From: Granulicella sp.
GTDB taxonomy: Bacteria; Acidobacteriota; Terriglobia; Terriglobales; Acidobacteriaceae
Direction of reading: 5' to 3'
Length of the DNA stretch: 64,000 nt
Assembly: GCA_027339965.1 (NCBI GenBank)
Contig: DAHWNL010000078.1
Coordinates: 1-64,000 of the forward strand
This document shows, piece after piece, positions 40,430 through 51,311 of this stretch. The notes under the pieces were generated by a model that was not told the origin of the DNA, did no database searches, and was given only the letters and a program-made list of their open reading frames with translations. Each line of letters begins with the position of its first letter. The first letter of the stretch is position 1. Both the position numbers and the translations under genes were made by a program.

Positions 40430-42862
40430 ATGACCAACGACGAACGCGACCTTCTTACCGGCTCCCTGCGCAAGCTCCCGATGATGCCCATCCGCGAGAT
40501 GGTGATCTTCCCGCATATGATGACGCCTTTCGTGGTAGGCCGCGAGTCCAGCGTCCGCGCTCTGGAAGAGGCACTCAGCGGCGACCGCCGCATCTTCCTG
40601 GCCACGCAGCATGATGCCTCGGTAGACGATCCTGCCCCTGAGGACATCTACAACGTTGGCGTCATCGGCAACATCGTCCAATCCGTGCGCATGCCCGACG
40701 GAAACATCAAGGTGCTGGTGGAAGGTGTCGAGCGAGCTCGGGCAACCCAGATCAACGACAACGATGGATTCTTCGTCGCCACGGTAAAGACCTCCAACAC
40801 TGAACTGAAGTCAACGCCGGTCACCGAGCAACTGGTGTTTCGCGTCCACCAGCTCTTCGAGCAATACAGCAAGCTGCAGCAGTCTCTCAACCAGGAAGCA
40901 GCCTCTGCCTTGCGCATGGACGAGCCCGCCAAACTGGCTGACCTGATTGCGGCCAATCTTCCCCTGGCGATCGAGGAGAAGCAGCAACTGCTGGAAGTCT
41001 TCGATCCGGAGGTGCGGCTGACACGCATCGCCGACACGCTGGACATTGCCATCGAGAAGTTGAACATGGACCGCAGCATTCAGTCGCGCGTCAAGCGCCA
41101 GATGGAACGGGCTCAGAAAGAGTACTACCTCAACGAGAAGATCAAAGCCATCCAGAAGGAACTGGGGCGGGGGGAGAAGAGCGAGTTCGACGAGTTGAAG
41201 AAGCGGATTGAAGAAGCCGGCATGAGCAAGGAGGTTCAGGAGAAAGCCTTGCAGGAGTTGAAGAAGCTGGAAGCTATGCCTCCCATGTCCGCAGAATCCA
41301 CAGTCAGCCGTAACTATCTGGACTGGCTTCTGGCGGTGCCCTGGAAGAAGCGTTCCAAGGAGATTCGTTCCATTGAGAATGCCGAGAAAGTGCTCAACCA
41401 CGACCACTACGGTCTGGAGAAGATCAAGGAGCGCATCCTGGAATTTCTCGCCGTACGCCAGTTGGTCAAGAACCCCAAGGGTTCCATTCTCTGTTTTGTG
41501 GGACCTCCGGGGGTGGGCAAGACCTCGCTGGGCATGTCCATCGCCAAGGCTACGGGGCGAAAATTCGTGCGCTTGTCGCTGGGCGGAGTGCGTGATGAGG
41601 CGGAGATTCGCGGCCATCGCCGCACCTACATTGGAGCCTTGCCGGGGCAGATCATTCAATCCATGAAGAAGGCCGGCACAAAGAATCCGGTGATCATGCT
41701 GGACGAGATCGACAAGATGGCATCAGACTTCCGCGGCGACCCTGCCTCCGCTCTGCTCGAGGTGCTGGACCCGGAGCAAAACCACACCTTCCAGGACCAC
41801 TATCTGGACGTAGAATATGACCTCTCACAGGTGTTGTTCGTAGCCACGGCCAACGTCCTGCATACCATTCCCGGCCCGCTGCAGGACCGCATGGAGATCC
41901 TGCGGCTCACCGGCTACACGGAGATCGAGAAGATGGAGATCGCCCGCCAGTATCTGGTCAAGAAGCAGGTGGCGGCCACCGGGCTGACCGGTCGACAGAT
42001 CACCTTCAGCGACGATGCTCTGCGCGAGATCATCCGCTTCTACACGCGCGAGGCCGGCGTCCGCAACATGGAGCGGGAGATTGGCAACATCTGCCGCAAG
42101 GTAGCGCGCAAGGTGGTCAGCAGCCCGAAACACACGGAGCTGGTGACGCCGGAGTTGCTGGTCAATCTGCTGGGCCCGGCCAAGTACCGCGACTCTCTAC
42201 TGGAGGAAAGGTCCGAAGTAGGCCTGGTGACCGGACTTGCCTGGACCGAGATGGGCGGATCAATTCTGCAAACCGAAGTGCAGGTGATGGACGGCAAGGG
42301 CAAGATGACCGCCACCGGACAACTGGGAGATGTAATGCAGGAGTCCGCACAGGCGGCGCTCACTTACATCCGATCGAGATCGCACCAACTGGGACTGGCG
42401 CGCGACTTCTATCGCAATATCGACATTCATGTCCATGTGCCGGAGGGCGCAATTCCCAAGGACGGACCCTCGGCGGGCATTACCCTGGCGACCGCCCTGG
42501 CCAGCGCCCTTACCAAGATCGAAGTGCGGCGCGATCTTGCCATGACCGGCGAGATCACCCTTCGAGGTAAGGTGCTGCCCATTGGCGGGCTCAAGGAAAA
42601 GCTGCTAGCGGCTCACCGCGCCGGCATTCGCGAGGCGATTCTGCCCGCGGAAAACAAGAAGGATCTTGCCGATCTCCCTGATCTGATCAAGACCGAGATG
42701 AAGCTGCACTGGGTGGAGCAGATGGATGAGGTTCTGGAGATTGCGCTGGTGAGCAAGCCGGTGAAGGTCCCCGCCACACCTGCGGATGAAGCGGTGCTGA
42801 CTCCGGATGCGCCTCTTCCTCCACCCGCGCAGCATTCAACCGGAAGCGTCGCTCATCTATAG
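40430..42862 (+). CDS. lon: Lon protease
   Basis: Lon N-domain, GPPGVGKTS and PKDGPSAG (catalytic Ser). GGAGG RBS before ATG 40430. Confidence 0.98.
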   Translation: MTNDERDLLTGSLRKLPMMPIREMVIFPHMMTPFVVGRESSVRALEEALSGDRRIFLATQHDASVDDPAPEDIYNVGVIGNIVQSVRMPDGNIKVLVEGVERARATQINDNDGFFVATVKTSNTELKSTPVTEQLVFRVHQLFEQYSKLQQSLNQEAASALRMDEPAKLADLIAANLPLAIEEKQQLLEVFDPEVRLTRIADTLDIAIEKLNMDRSIQSRVKRQMERAQKEYYLNEKIKAIQKELGRGEKSEFDELKKRIEEAGMSKEVQEKALQELKKLEAMPPMSAESTVSRNYLDWLLAVPWKKRSKEIRSIENAEKVLNHDHYGLEKIKERILEFLAVRQLVKNPKGSILCFVGPPGVGKTSLGMSIAKATGRKFVRLSLGGVRDEAEIRGHRRTYIGALPGQIIQSMKKAGTKNPVIMLDEIDKMASDFRGDPASALLEVLDPEQNHTFQDHYLDVEYDLSQVLFVATANVLHTIPGPLQDRMEILRLTGYTEIEKMEIARQYLVKKQVAATGLTGRQITFSDDALREIIRFYTREAGVRNMEREIGNICRKVARKVVSSPKHTELVTPELLVNLLGPAKYRDSLLEERSEVGLVTGLAWTEMGGSILQTEVQVMDGKGKMTATGQLGDVMQESAQAALTYIRSRSHQLGLARDFYRNIDIHVHVPEGAIPKDGPSAGITLATALASALTKIEVRRDLAMTGEITLRGKVLPIGGLKEKLLAAHRAGIREAILPAENKKDLADLPDLIKTEMKLHWVEQMDEVLEIALVSKPVKVPATPADEAVLTPDAPLPPPAQHSTGSVAHL

Positions 42863-42882
42863 CTCCGGCGCAAGGACCTCCC

Positions 42883-44136
42883 ATGCCCCCCGTCATCCCC
42901 TCTCCCGCCCTGCGTGAACCAGGCAACGGCCTTCCGCAGGGAGCTTTTGGCAAGCTACGCCTGAGTGACCTGGCTCCCAATCTCGTCCAGTCCGAGATAC
43001 GCGCCATGACCGTGGCCTGCGCCGAGGCCGGCGCCATCAATCTGGCTCAGGGCGTCTGCGACACCGACCCTCCCCACCCGGTCGTAGCTGCTGCCGTGGC
43101 GGCCATTCACTCCGGGCAGAACATTTACACGCGCTTGGATGGCATCGCTCCTCTGCGCGAGGCAATTGCGCACAAGCTCTCTCGCCCGGGCCACCCTCCT
43201 CTTGATCCACAATCGGAGGTGCTGGTGACCAGCGGCGCCACAGGCGCCTTGCACGCGGCCTTGCTGGCTCTGCTCAACGCCGGCGATGAGTGCGTGGTAC
43301 TCGAACCGTTCTATGGGTATCACGTCAGCACGCTGCGCGCCATGCGCGCCGTGCCGGTGATTGTGCCCCTGGCCAACTCTGCGCAGGGACCCTGGTTTGC
43401 CCTGGATGTCGACCGTCTGCGCCGTGCCCTTACGCCGCAAACCCGGGCGATTCTGCTCAACAGTCCCTCCAACCCCTCAGGCAAAGTCTTCTCATTATCA
43501 GAACTGGAGGCGATCGCAGCCATCGCTATCGAGCGTGACCTGTTCGTCTTTACCGATGAGATCTATGAGCACTTCGTCTACGATGGAACGCGCCACATCA
43601 GCATCCGCACTCTGTGTGGCATGGCCGAACGAACCATCACCATCTCAGGCTTCTCGAAGACCTTTTCTGTGACCGGCTGGCGCCTGGGATACCTGGTGGC
43701 CAGCCAACGTTGGTTGCCTGCGATCGGCTACTTTCATGATCTGATCTACGTCTGCGCCCCCTCGCCTCTGCAGCACGGAGCAGCGGCTGGGCTGCTCGAA
43801 CTGCCGGAGAGCTTTTACGCCCAGATCGCCCACGAGCATCAGGCCAAACGCGACCGGCTGTGCCAGTCGCTTGCTCATGCCGGGCTGGAGGCGTCCGTCC
43901 CTTCCGGGGCCTACTACGTGCTGGCCAACGCAGAGCGAATTGCCGGCGTCAACGCGCGGGCAAAGGCCCGACGGCTTCTGACCGATGCCGGCGTTGCTGC
44001 TGTGGCCGGTTCGGCCTTCTTCGCCGAAGATGCAAACGGCACAAACCCCGGGGAGAATCTGCTCCGCTTCTGCTTCGCCAAGAAGGATGAGGATCTCGCG
44101 GAGGCTTGCAAACGGCTGGAAGCTTATCACCCCTGA
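42883..44136 (+). CDS. PLP-dependent aminotransferase class I/II
   Basis: INLAQG, NSPSNPSGKV, DEIYEH, GFSKTFSVTGWRLG (PLP Lys) and LRFCFAK motifs. Confidence 0.92.
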   Translation: MPPVIPSPALREPGNGLPQGAFGKLRLSDLAPNLVQSEIRAMTVACAEAGAINLAQGVCDTDPPHPVVAAAVAAIHSGQNIYTRLDGIAPLREAIAHKLSRPGHPPLDPQSEVLVTSGATGALHAALLALLNAGDECVVLEPFYGYHVSTLRAMRAVPVIVPLANSAQGPWFALDVDRLRRALTPQTRAILLNSPSNPSGKVFSLSELEAIAAIAIERDLFVFTDEIYEHFVYDGTRHISIRTLCGMAERTITISGFSKTFSVTGWRLGYLVASQRWLPAIGYFHDLIYVCAPSPLQHGAAAGLLELPESFYAQIAHEHQAKRDRLCQSLAHAGLEASVPSGAYYVLANAERIAGVNARAKARRLLTDAGVAAVAGSAFFAEDANGTNPGENLLRFCFAKKDEDLAEACKRLEAYHP

Positions 44137-44281
44137 ATCCTCACTCGCTCCGCTCCTGCCCATCCTCAGGGCGAAGGTTCACGTTCACCAAACCTCATGG
44201 ATCCTCATCAGCGGTGCGAAGAAGGAGGCGGCTTCTCCGGTCATGGCGGTTCGCAATCCGCACCCTGCTTGCTCCATAGAC

Positions 44282-44317
44282 CCGAGTGTTGATCCGAGTG
44301 TTAATCCGAGTGTTGAA
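44282..44317. repeat. 12-bp direct repeat x3
   Basis: CCGAGTGTTGAT / CCGAGTGTTAAT / CCGAGTGTTGAA. Confidence 0.85.
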
Positions 44318-44744
44318 AGTGTGGCCACCTTCAGAACCGGCAAATGCAGAAGGAAGACCTCAAGGCCGGTGTGCGGAGCCCCCGCCGTGGCGCATCTTTA
44401 GATGACTGCGACGAGACCGCATCCCAGGGCGGTAAAGGCCAGGGCCGGAGTCTGGGCCAGGGCAGCCGAGACTCGGCGGCAAAGGCCCAACTGCAAACAC
44501 AACGTGCTCCGTCAAGCTCAGCAGAGGGAGACACTTGGCAACGCCTTGGCCAGAAATGCCCTCCGAACGGAGTCGTCAGCCCCGATTTCCAGCGCATAAC
44601 ATCTGAGCTTAAGTTTCACTCAGATGATGCGGCTCAATAGCGCTATCGTAATGAACAAGTTGTCATCGATCTCAAGGCTAGCGCTGCTTGCGATGAAGCG
44701 TCGAAACAAGTGAAAGCCACTTCCCCCTCCAAGAGAGGCGAATC

Positions 44745-45605
44745 ATGCATCCAGCAGCAAAACTTCGGCAAGCGCTTAGCACCAATCAACTCGTCATCGC
44801 TCCCGGCGCCATGGACTGTGTCTCAGCCGCAGCCGTTGAACAGAACGGCTTTTCCGCTATTTATATGACCGGCATGGGCACGGCAGCCTGTCGGCTCGGT
44901 CTGCCCGATTACGGCCTCGCCACCATGACCGAGATGGTCGCTAACGCTTCGGCGATGAGCAAGGCGGTGCGCATCCCCATCATTGCGGATGCGGACACGG
45001 GCTACGGCAACGAACTCAACATGACGCGCACGGTCATGGAGTACGAACACGTCGGAGTAGCAGGAATTCATGTGGAGGATCAGGTCTCACCAAAAAAGTG
45101 CGGCCACCTGGATCGGAAGATGGTGATTCCGCGCAACGAGTTTGTCAGCAAGATCTCCGCCGCCGTCGCCGCGCGTTGCAATCCCGACTTCCTGATCATT
45201 GCTCGCACGGACTCCAATGCCGTTCTCGGATTTGATGAGGCGGTTGAGCGCGCGAATGCAGCATTGGATGTCGGGGCCGACATGGCGCTCGTTGAAGCTC
45301 CGGAATCAGCCGATCAGTTATTGAAAGTTCCGCAACTGGTTCACGGGCCCTGCGTCCTGAACATTCTTGTCGGCGGCAAGAGTCCGCTGCTCTCCTTCGC
45401 AGAGATTGAGCAGGCCGGCTACCGTCTGGCATTCCTCTCTGACGCGCTTCTGGGCTCTGCCTTTGCAGCCTACGATCATGCGTTGCGAGGCGTTCGCGAA
45501 GCCGTGGGCAGCGGAGGCAATCTGCACTTACCGCAGATTGCGCCGGCGCGGGAGATCTTCCGTCGCCTTGGCGCCGAGCGCTGGGATGCCTTGCGGACTA
45601 GCTGA
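44745..45605 (+). CDS. Isocitrate lyase / PEP mutase family protein (PrpB / dimethylmalate lyase / oxaloacetate hydrolase-like)
   Basis: GLPDYG, IADADTGYG, EDQVSPKKCGH and IARTD motifs. Confidence 0.9.
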   Translation: MHPAAKLRQALSTNQLVIAPGAMDCVSAAAVEQNGFSAIYMTGMGTAACRLGLPDYGLATMTEMVANASAMSKAVRIPIIADADTGYGNELNMTRTVMEYEHVGVAGIHVEDQVSPKKCGHLDRKMVIPRNEFVSKISAAVAARCNPDFLIIARTDSNAVLGFDEAVERANAALDVGADMALVEAPESADQLLKVPQLVHGPCVLNILVGGKSPLLSFAEIEQAGYRLAFLSDALLGSAFAAYDHALRGVREAVGSGGNLHLPQIAPAREIFRRLGAERWDALRTS

Positions 45606-45941
45606 TCAACGGCGGATACCCGCATCAAAAATTATCGTGGAGTCGCACCGTCTTCAACGTCTGGTTTGCGTTCTGGACGCAGCCTGGAGCCTGTTAGACA
45701 GGCAAAATCTTTCCGAACCCGTGCGCTTCTCTTCCCTATCTCTTCAGAGCCTGAGCATTTTGCATGGTTCAACCTTGCGACGATCGTTGGGCTGCGCGGT
45801 CTCGGTCTGGCGGTGCCTGTTCTAACGCCCTGCTCGGCATCTCAGCGTAAACTGAAGATGCTCGAGCGCCGGAGGTTTGGGCCACGAAGCTTGAAATGCG
45901 TTCCGGATCGTCCGCAAGCGCGAGGCGAGGAGGCAGAATCG

Positions 45942-46625
45942 ATGCTCAGAGGCGGATGGAAGGCGGCTCTGCCGCTGGCGGGCTTGCTGGTGCTGGCCAA
46001 CTCAGCCTTGGCCCAGACGACTGTGGCAGCAGGCGTCTTTGGAGCATTCAGCCAGAGCACATCGTCGAGCAGCGATGGAATCACGCAAACTCCGGCGAAT
46101 GCTGCTGGGGTCATCGTCGAGTTACGACACCTATACAATCCGCTGCTTGGCTTTGATGCCGCCTACTCCTGGAATCGCGCCAACCAGACATTTACGCAGA
46201 CCACGCCGACGGTCTGCGGCCTGCAGTGTTCTGGATCTACCAGCTCTACGGAGCCGGTCCCCGCCAACGCGAACGAGATCTCCATAGCTTGGGTTGGGTC
46301 GTTCCGGTTGGCCGGCTTTACGCCTTTTGTGTTGGCTGGCGGCGGAGTTCTGTTCAACACCCCAACCACGAACGTCGCCACGGATACCATCTGCTCCAAT
46401 GTAGCCCCGCTTTGCGCAGTCAGCAGCAAGCCTACCAACAGTTCGACCACGGGAGTCTTTGTGTACGGGGCCGGCGTGGATTGGGAGATACTGCCGCACC
46501 TGGGACTGCGCGTGCAGTATCGGGGAAACGTGAATCGAGCTCCCGAGGTGGCACAGTCGTTCACAACGGCCCATGCGTTCCTGCAAACGACCGCGCCGAT
46601 GGTGGGCGCCTTTTTCCGATTCTGA
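45942..46625 (+). CDS. Small outer-membrane beta-barrel protein
   Basis: Signal peptide ending ALA; PFVLAGGG, YGAGVD and LRVQYRG motifs; terminal FRF. Confidence 0.8.
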   Translation: MLRGGWKAALPLAGLLVLANSALAQTTVAAGVFGAFSQSTSSSSDGITQTPANAAGVIVELRHLYNPLLGFDAAYSWNRANQTFTQTTPTVCGLQCSGSTSSTEPVPANANEISIAWVGSFRLAGFTPFVLAGGGVLFNTPTTNVATDTICSNVAPLCAVSSKPTNSSTTGVFVYGAGVDWEILPHLGLRVQYRGNVNRAPEVAQSFTTAHAFLQTTAPMVGAFFRF

Positions 46626-46763
46626 AGATGGCACACCGGCGTGGATTTTTCTGCCGGGCTGATCCCAAGCCTCGATGGATTCAGCTGTTTGCAAAGGTGG
46701 CTGGGAGACGGAGACCTTGGAGGAGTGAGCCAGGCGTCGCTGCTGCGTGATACTCTGCCAGAC

Positions 46764-48515
46764 ATGTCGCAACATAACCACCGCCACAACGGCGGCTTTC
46801 ACGGCCAAGGATACATGCCGAGATTCTCTTCTCGGCTCGAGAAGTCTCCAGAAGAGAGCCCGCTGCAAGAATCGCGCGGGGAACCGAGCCATCTGAATCA
46901 TCATGCCGGACATGATGCCGAAGGGTTCGATCTGACGCGGGCTGCGCTGGAGGAGATGCACGCCGCAGGTTTTCGGCCCGAGTTCGGAGACGGGGTGGAT
47001 GCGCAGATGGCCGAGATCGAGCGGCTTGCGGCGCAGGTTGGGGTGAGTCAGGGCGAATTGGGGAGCCGGGCTGGAGTTCTGGATCTGCGCGCGTTGGGGT
47101 GGTCCTCCATTGACAACGATCTTTCCATGGACCTGGATCAGATCGAGGTTGCCGAGCGCGTAGCGGGCGGAATCCGGTTGCGCGTAGCGATTGGAGATGT
47201 CGCCTCCATGGTGACATTGGACTCCCCCATCGACCAGCACGCTCGCGCTCAGACACAGACGATCTATACGGCGGTGAAGAACTTTCCTATGCTTCCGCTA
47301 GCGCTATCCACGGGTTTGACCAGCTTGAACGAAGCCGGCGACCGGCAGGCTATCGTCATGACGTTTACGGTAGGGCCGGATGGAGAGACGAGCGATGAGA
47401 GCGTGTCCGTGGCTCTGGTAAGAAACCGAGCGCAATTGGCCTACTCCCGGGTGGGACCATGGCTGGAGAGATCGGTTGCCGGGGTGCAAGACCACGATGT
47501 AATGAGCCTGCGGTCAGACAGCGCGAGGATGCACTCGGCCGATGCCAGCCTGAGCGGCCCCTCCAGCTCTTCTCAAGGGGCCGAGTTGGGCACCAACTGG
47601 CTCGTGGAACAGTTGCGCTTGCAGGATGAGGCGGCGCAGGCGCTGCACGCCGCGCGGGTGAAGCGAGGGGCACTCGAGTTCCATCGCGCCGAGGCGGATC
47701 CCGTGGTGATAGACGGCCGAGTGATCGCTGTCCATGAGGTGATTCAGAATCGCGCCATGAATCTGATTGAAGACCTGATGGTCGCGGCCAATGGGGTGAT
47801 GGCCAGAGCCCTGCGCAAAGGCGGCCGGAGCGGCTTGCAGCGCGTGGTGAAGGTCCCGGAGCGGTGGGACCGGATTGTGGCCCTGGTGGCCGAACATGGA
47901 ACGCGCCTGCCGGCGGCGCCGGATTCAGTCGCACTCAACAGTTTTCTGCAAGAGCAGCGCGAGACCGACTCCCTTCACTATCCGGATCTGGCGGTGGCGG
48001 TGATCAAGCTGATGGGGCCTGGAGAGTACATGCTGATGAGGGCGGATGATGACCCGACCGGACATTTTGGGCTCGCGGCGCGCGACTACACCCACTCCAC
48101 AGCGCCCAACCGCAGGTTTCCGGATCTTGTGACGCAGCGGATTCTGCACGCAATGATGCGCTCCGAACCTGCGCCCTACCGCGATGATGACCTGGCTGCG
48201 ATTGCCGCGCATTGCAATGTGGCTGACAGCACACTGCGCAAGATTGAGCGAAGGATGCAGAAGCGCGTAGCTGCTGTGGCAATGGCTGGACGGATTGGCG
48301 AGGTCTTCAACGGAGTGGTGACCGGCAAGAGCGATAAGGGTGTCTTTGTGCGCGTGATTCACCCTCCGTTCGAGGGCCGCGTGATTCAGGGCGAAGATGG
48401 ACTTGATGTGGGAGACAAGGTGACGGTGAAGTTGCTGCACACCGATCCGGCACGAGCCTTTATCGACCTTGCCAAGGTGGGTATGCGAAGCGTGAATCGG
48501 AGTCCAAGAGGCTGA
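46764..48515 (+). CDS. RNB-domain (RNase II family) exoribonuclease
   Basis: SIDNDLSMDLDQ, IEDLMVAAN and HFGLA..DYTHSTAPNRRFPD motifs; C-terminal S1-like domain. Confidence 0.9.
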   Translation: MSQHNHRHNGGFHGQGYMPRFSSRLEKSPEESPLQESRGEPSHLNHHAGHDAEGFDLTRAALEEMHAAGFRPEFGDGVDAQMAEIERLAAQVGVSQGELGSRAGVLDLRALGWSSIDNDLSMDLDQIEVAERVAGGIRLRVAIGDVASMVTLDSPIDQHARAQTQTIYTAVKNFPMLPLALSTGLTSLNEAGDRQAIVMTFTVGPDGETSDESVSVALVRNRAQLAYSRVGPWLERSVAGVQDHDVMSLRSDSARMHSADASLSGPSSSSQGAELGTNWLVEQLRLQDEAAQALHAARVKRGALEFHRAEADPVVIDGRVIAVHEVIQNRAMNLIEDLMVAANGVMARALRKGGRSGLQRVVKVPERWDRIVALVAEHGTRLPAAPDSVALNSFLQEQRETDSLHYPDLAVAVIKLMGPGEYMLMRADDDPTGHFGLAARDYTHSTAPNRRFPDLVTQRILHAMMRSEPAPYRDDDLAAIAAHCNVADSTLRKIERRMQKRVAAVAMAGRIGEVFNGVVTGKSDKGVFVRVIHPPFEGRVIQGEDGLDVGDKVTVKLLHTDPARAFIDLAKVGMRSVNRSPRG

Positions 48516-48768
48516 GGGTAGCATGATCGTGCGCTGAGCGAGGGATGATGAGGCCGATCGCCGGAAGCAGGCTTGGCGACCATGGGAACCCGATTTGGGC
48601 TCAGAGCTTCACTTCCGTGCAGCCTTCCTCGCGCGGCAGCGGATCCTGGCAGTCTTCAGCGGATCTGGAACCTAATTGCGGGCCGTCCCATCCCCTCCCA
48701 AGTGGATAGGCTGCGCCACTTGCTCTGCGGGATACCCAAGAGGTCGGGAGATGCTATAACCTTTCCCT

Positions 48769-50058
48769 ATGAGTTCAGCTTCCTTCGCAGCTTCCGCGCC
48801 GTTTACCCTGCTTCCCTTTGAAAAGAAATTGGATCGCCTCGCGGAGATAGCCGTCCGCGTCGGGGTGGGTCTGCAACCGGAGCAGGAGTTGGTGATCACT
48901 GCGCCGATAGAAGCCCAACCGCTGGTCCGCCGCATCACCGAGCAAGCCTATAAGGCCGGCGCGAAGCTGGTGACTACCTTCTATGCTGACGACGCCGCGA
49001 GCCTTGCCCGCTACCAATACGCACCTGACACCAGCTTTGATTACGCACCTGCCTGGTACTTTGACGCCCTGGCGACCGCCTACCGCTCCAACGCCGCCCG
49101 CATGGGCATCACCGGGGCTGACCCGGCTCTGCTGGCCGGGCAGGATCCGGCTCTGGTCTCTCGCGCCAACGCCGCCGCATCCCGGGCCTATAAGCCGGCC
49201 ATGGACCTGATCACGCGCTTTGCCATCAACTGGACCATCGTCGCCGCGGCAACTCCCGCCTGGGCCTCCCTGGTCTTCCCCAATGATTCTCCGGAGCGTG
49301 CCCTGGCCAACCTGTGGGAGGCGATCTTCCATACCTCGCGAATCACCGGTGAAGATCCCATTGAGGACTGGAGAAGACATAACGCCAACATCAGCCGGCG
49401 CGTCGGCCTGCTGAATAGCAAGCGCTACCGCGCGTTACGCTTCTTTACCTCGGCAGATGCTCCCCATGGCGGAACCGATCTTACCGTTGGGCTGGCCGAT
49501 GATCATCTGTGGTGTGGCGGGGGAGCCACAGCCGCCAATGGTGTCTACTGCAACCCCAACATTCCTACCGAAGAGTGTTTCACCACGCCTCACAAAGACC
49601 GTGTTAACGGCCATGTGGCCGCTTCCAAGCCGCTCTCCCACCAGGGCACGCTGATCGAGGGCATCCACTGCACCTTTGAGGACGGTCGTATTGTGGCCGC
49701 CGGCGCCAGCGCCGGAGAAGAAGCACTCAAGAAGCTGATTGCAACCGACGAAGGAGCATCCCGGCTGGGCGAGGTCGCCCTGGTTCCCCACAACTCCCCC
49801 ATCGCCCAATCGGGCATTCTGTTCTGGAACACTCTGTTTGACGAAAACGCCGCCAGCCATATCGCACTGGGGCAGGCTTACTCCACCTGCCTGATCGGGG
49901 GTGAGTCGATGGACAAGCAGCAGCTCTCGGCGCTTGGAGCCAACCAGAGCTTGATTCACGTCGACTGGATGATCGGAGGAGCTGCCATGAACGTGGATGG
50001 CCTGAGCGTCAATGGCGCCGCGGAGCCCCTGATGCGCAACGGCGACTGGGTCTCCTGA
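48769..50058 (+). CDS. Aminopeptidase, M29 family (AmpS/PepS/AmpT-like)
   Basis: NIPTEECFT, LGEVALV, LFDENAASHIALG and NQSLIHVDWMIG motifs. Confidence 0.93.
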   Translation: MSSASFAASAPFTLLPFEKKLDRLAEIAVRVGVGLQPEQELVITAPIEAQPLVRRITEQAYKAGAKLVTTFYADDAASLARYQYAPDTSFDYAPAWYFDALATAYRSNAARMGITGADPALLAGQDPALVSRANAAASRAYKPAMDLITRFAINWTIVAAATPAWASLVFPNDSPERALANLWEAIFHTSRITGEDPIEDWRRHNANISRRVGLLNSKRYRALRFFTSADAPHGGTDLTVGLADDHLWCGGGATAANGVYCNPNIPTEECFTTPHKDRVNGHVAASKPLSHQGTLIEGIHCTFEDGRIVAAGASAGEEALKKLIATDEGASRLGEVALVPHNSPIAQSGILFWNTLFDENAASHIALGQAYSTCLIGGESMDKQQLSALGANQSLIHVDWMIGGAAMNVDGLSVNGAAEPLMRNGDWVS

Positions 50059-50072
50059 GCGTTCGATGAGCG

Positions 50073-50777
50073 TTAGAGTCTGCCGAAGATCTCCTGAATG
50101 TCATGGACGCCGACGTGTGTGGCCAGCCACTCCGCGGCGCGGATAGCCCCTTCCGCAAAGGGACGGCGGGAGTTCGACTCGTGGGTCAGGATGATTCGAT
50201 CGACGGCTCCCGTGGCGATGAGCGAGTGGATGCCCTCGACATCTCCGGTGCGGTGCGAGGCGATGGGAACCAGATTGTTCGTACTCGCCGGAAGGCCGTC
50301 AACGGCGCGGAGAACAGCGTCGCGCAGCGTGATCGCGGTGCCGCTGGGCGCGTCTAGCTTGCTGACGTGGTGGGTTTCGGAGATGCTGAAGCTATAGCCG
50401 GAGTCCTTGAGCAGGGAGGCCATCTCCCGCCCGAGCTTGAGCATCATCTGCATGCCGATGGAGAAGTTGGTACCGAAGACCAGAGGCGTGCCATGCTTCT
50501 CCGCCAGAGAGCGCATCTCAGGCAGGTGGTCGTACCATCCGGTGGTGCCCACCACCATGCGCAGGCCATGGGAGAGGCAGGCGCGCATGTTGGCCGCCAC
50601 TGCGTCTGGGGTGGTGAAGTCGATGGCGGCGTCAAAGCTTCGCAGAAGATCAGGAGTAAGGGCTCTGGCGCCCGCGTTTTCCGCCGCCGCCAGGACTCGG
50701 ACCGTGTGGTTTCGCTCTGCGGCCAGCTCGGCAACGAGCCTTCCCGTCTTTCCAGCACCTAGAACAAGGATGCGCAT
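50073..50777 (-). CDS. dapB: 4-hydroxy-tetrahydrodipicolinate reductase
   Basis: G.GKTG, IDFT, VVGTTG, NFSIG and ETHH..KLDAPSGTA motifs. Confidence 0.93.
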   Translation of the reverse strand: MRILVLGAGKTGRLVAELAAERNHTVRVLAAAENAGARALTPDLLRSFDAAIDFTTPDAVAANMRACLSHGLRMVVGTTGWYDHLPEMRSLAEKHGTPLVFGTNFSIGMQMMLKLGREMASLLKDSGYSFSISETHHVSKLDAPSGTAITLRDAVLRAVDGLPASTNNLVPIASHRTGDVEGIHSLIATGAVDRIILTHESNSRRPFAEGAIRAAEWLATHVGVHDIQEIFGRL

Positions 50778-51311
50778 GGGGTTAGTGTAGACCGTCAGCG
50801 GATTGGACCGCTGACGTGGCCGGTGAGAATCAGGCTGCTGCGGGCGGATATCGCCAGTGGGGCACATTGCTATCAGGCGGCTTCCCGCCCGGGCGGGAAG
50901 GGACCGGCCCTCCTGCTAAGGCTTCGGTCGAAAAATAACGTAACCCCCGCCCTTGTCTGCTTCCCATCTGAGCCTGGCGGCTTTCAGCGAGCGCTCCGCG
51001 CTCCCTTGTTCTCGGAACTCCTCGGACTCTGTCCGCTCCCCGTTTGGAAAGTGCAAGTAGAACCAGTTCCCGTTTTCCCTTTGGCAAAGCGGCGAGGGTC
51101 AAGAAAAGTTACAAAAGGTGCTCATCAGACGAGGATAGATTGCTCTCGGCTTTTTCACCAAGTCCCGTCAGCACGGTATTCACGTCCCGACCTCCCTGCC
51201 CGACGGGCCGGGCTGTAGCCTCTCGTGTGGCTTCCCGAGAGGAGACCGGAGCTTTGGGGGTGTCTTTCGGATCGTCAAAAAACTGAGCCAGGCAAGCTGG
51301 GGTCGATGTCG

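Noticed and set aside
21900..44317. Short tandem repeats (21900, 32039, 39422, 44282) as a possible CRISPR array
   Set aside because: Units are 12-17 bp, directly abutting with no spacers, unrelated to each other, and there are no cas genes.
47104..47141. RNB motif DxDQ instead of DxDD as a sign of inactivation
   Set aside because: SIDNDxSxDLDQ is, to my knowledge, the normal form in this RNB subfamily.
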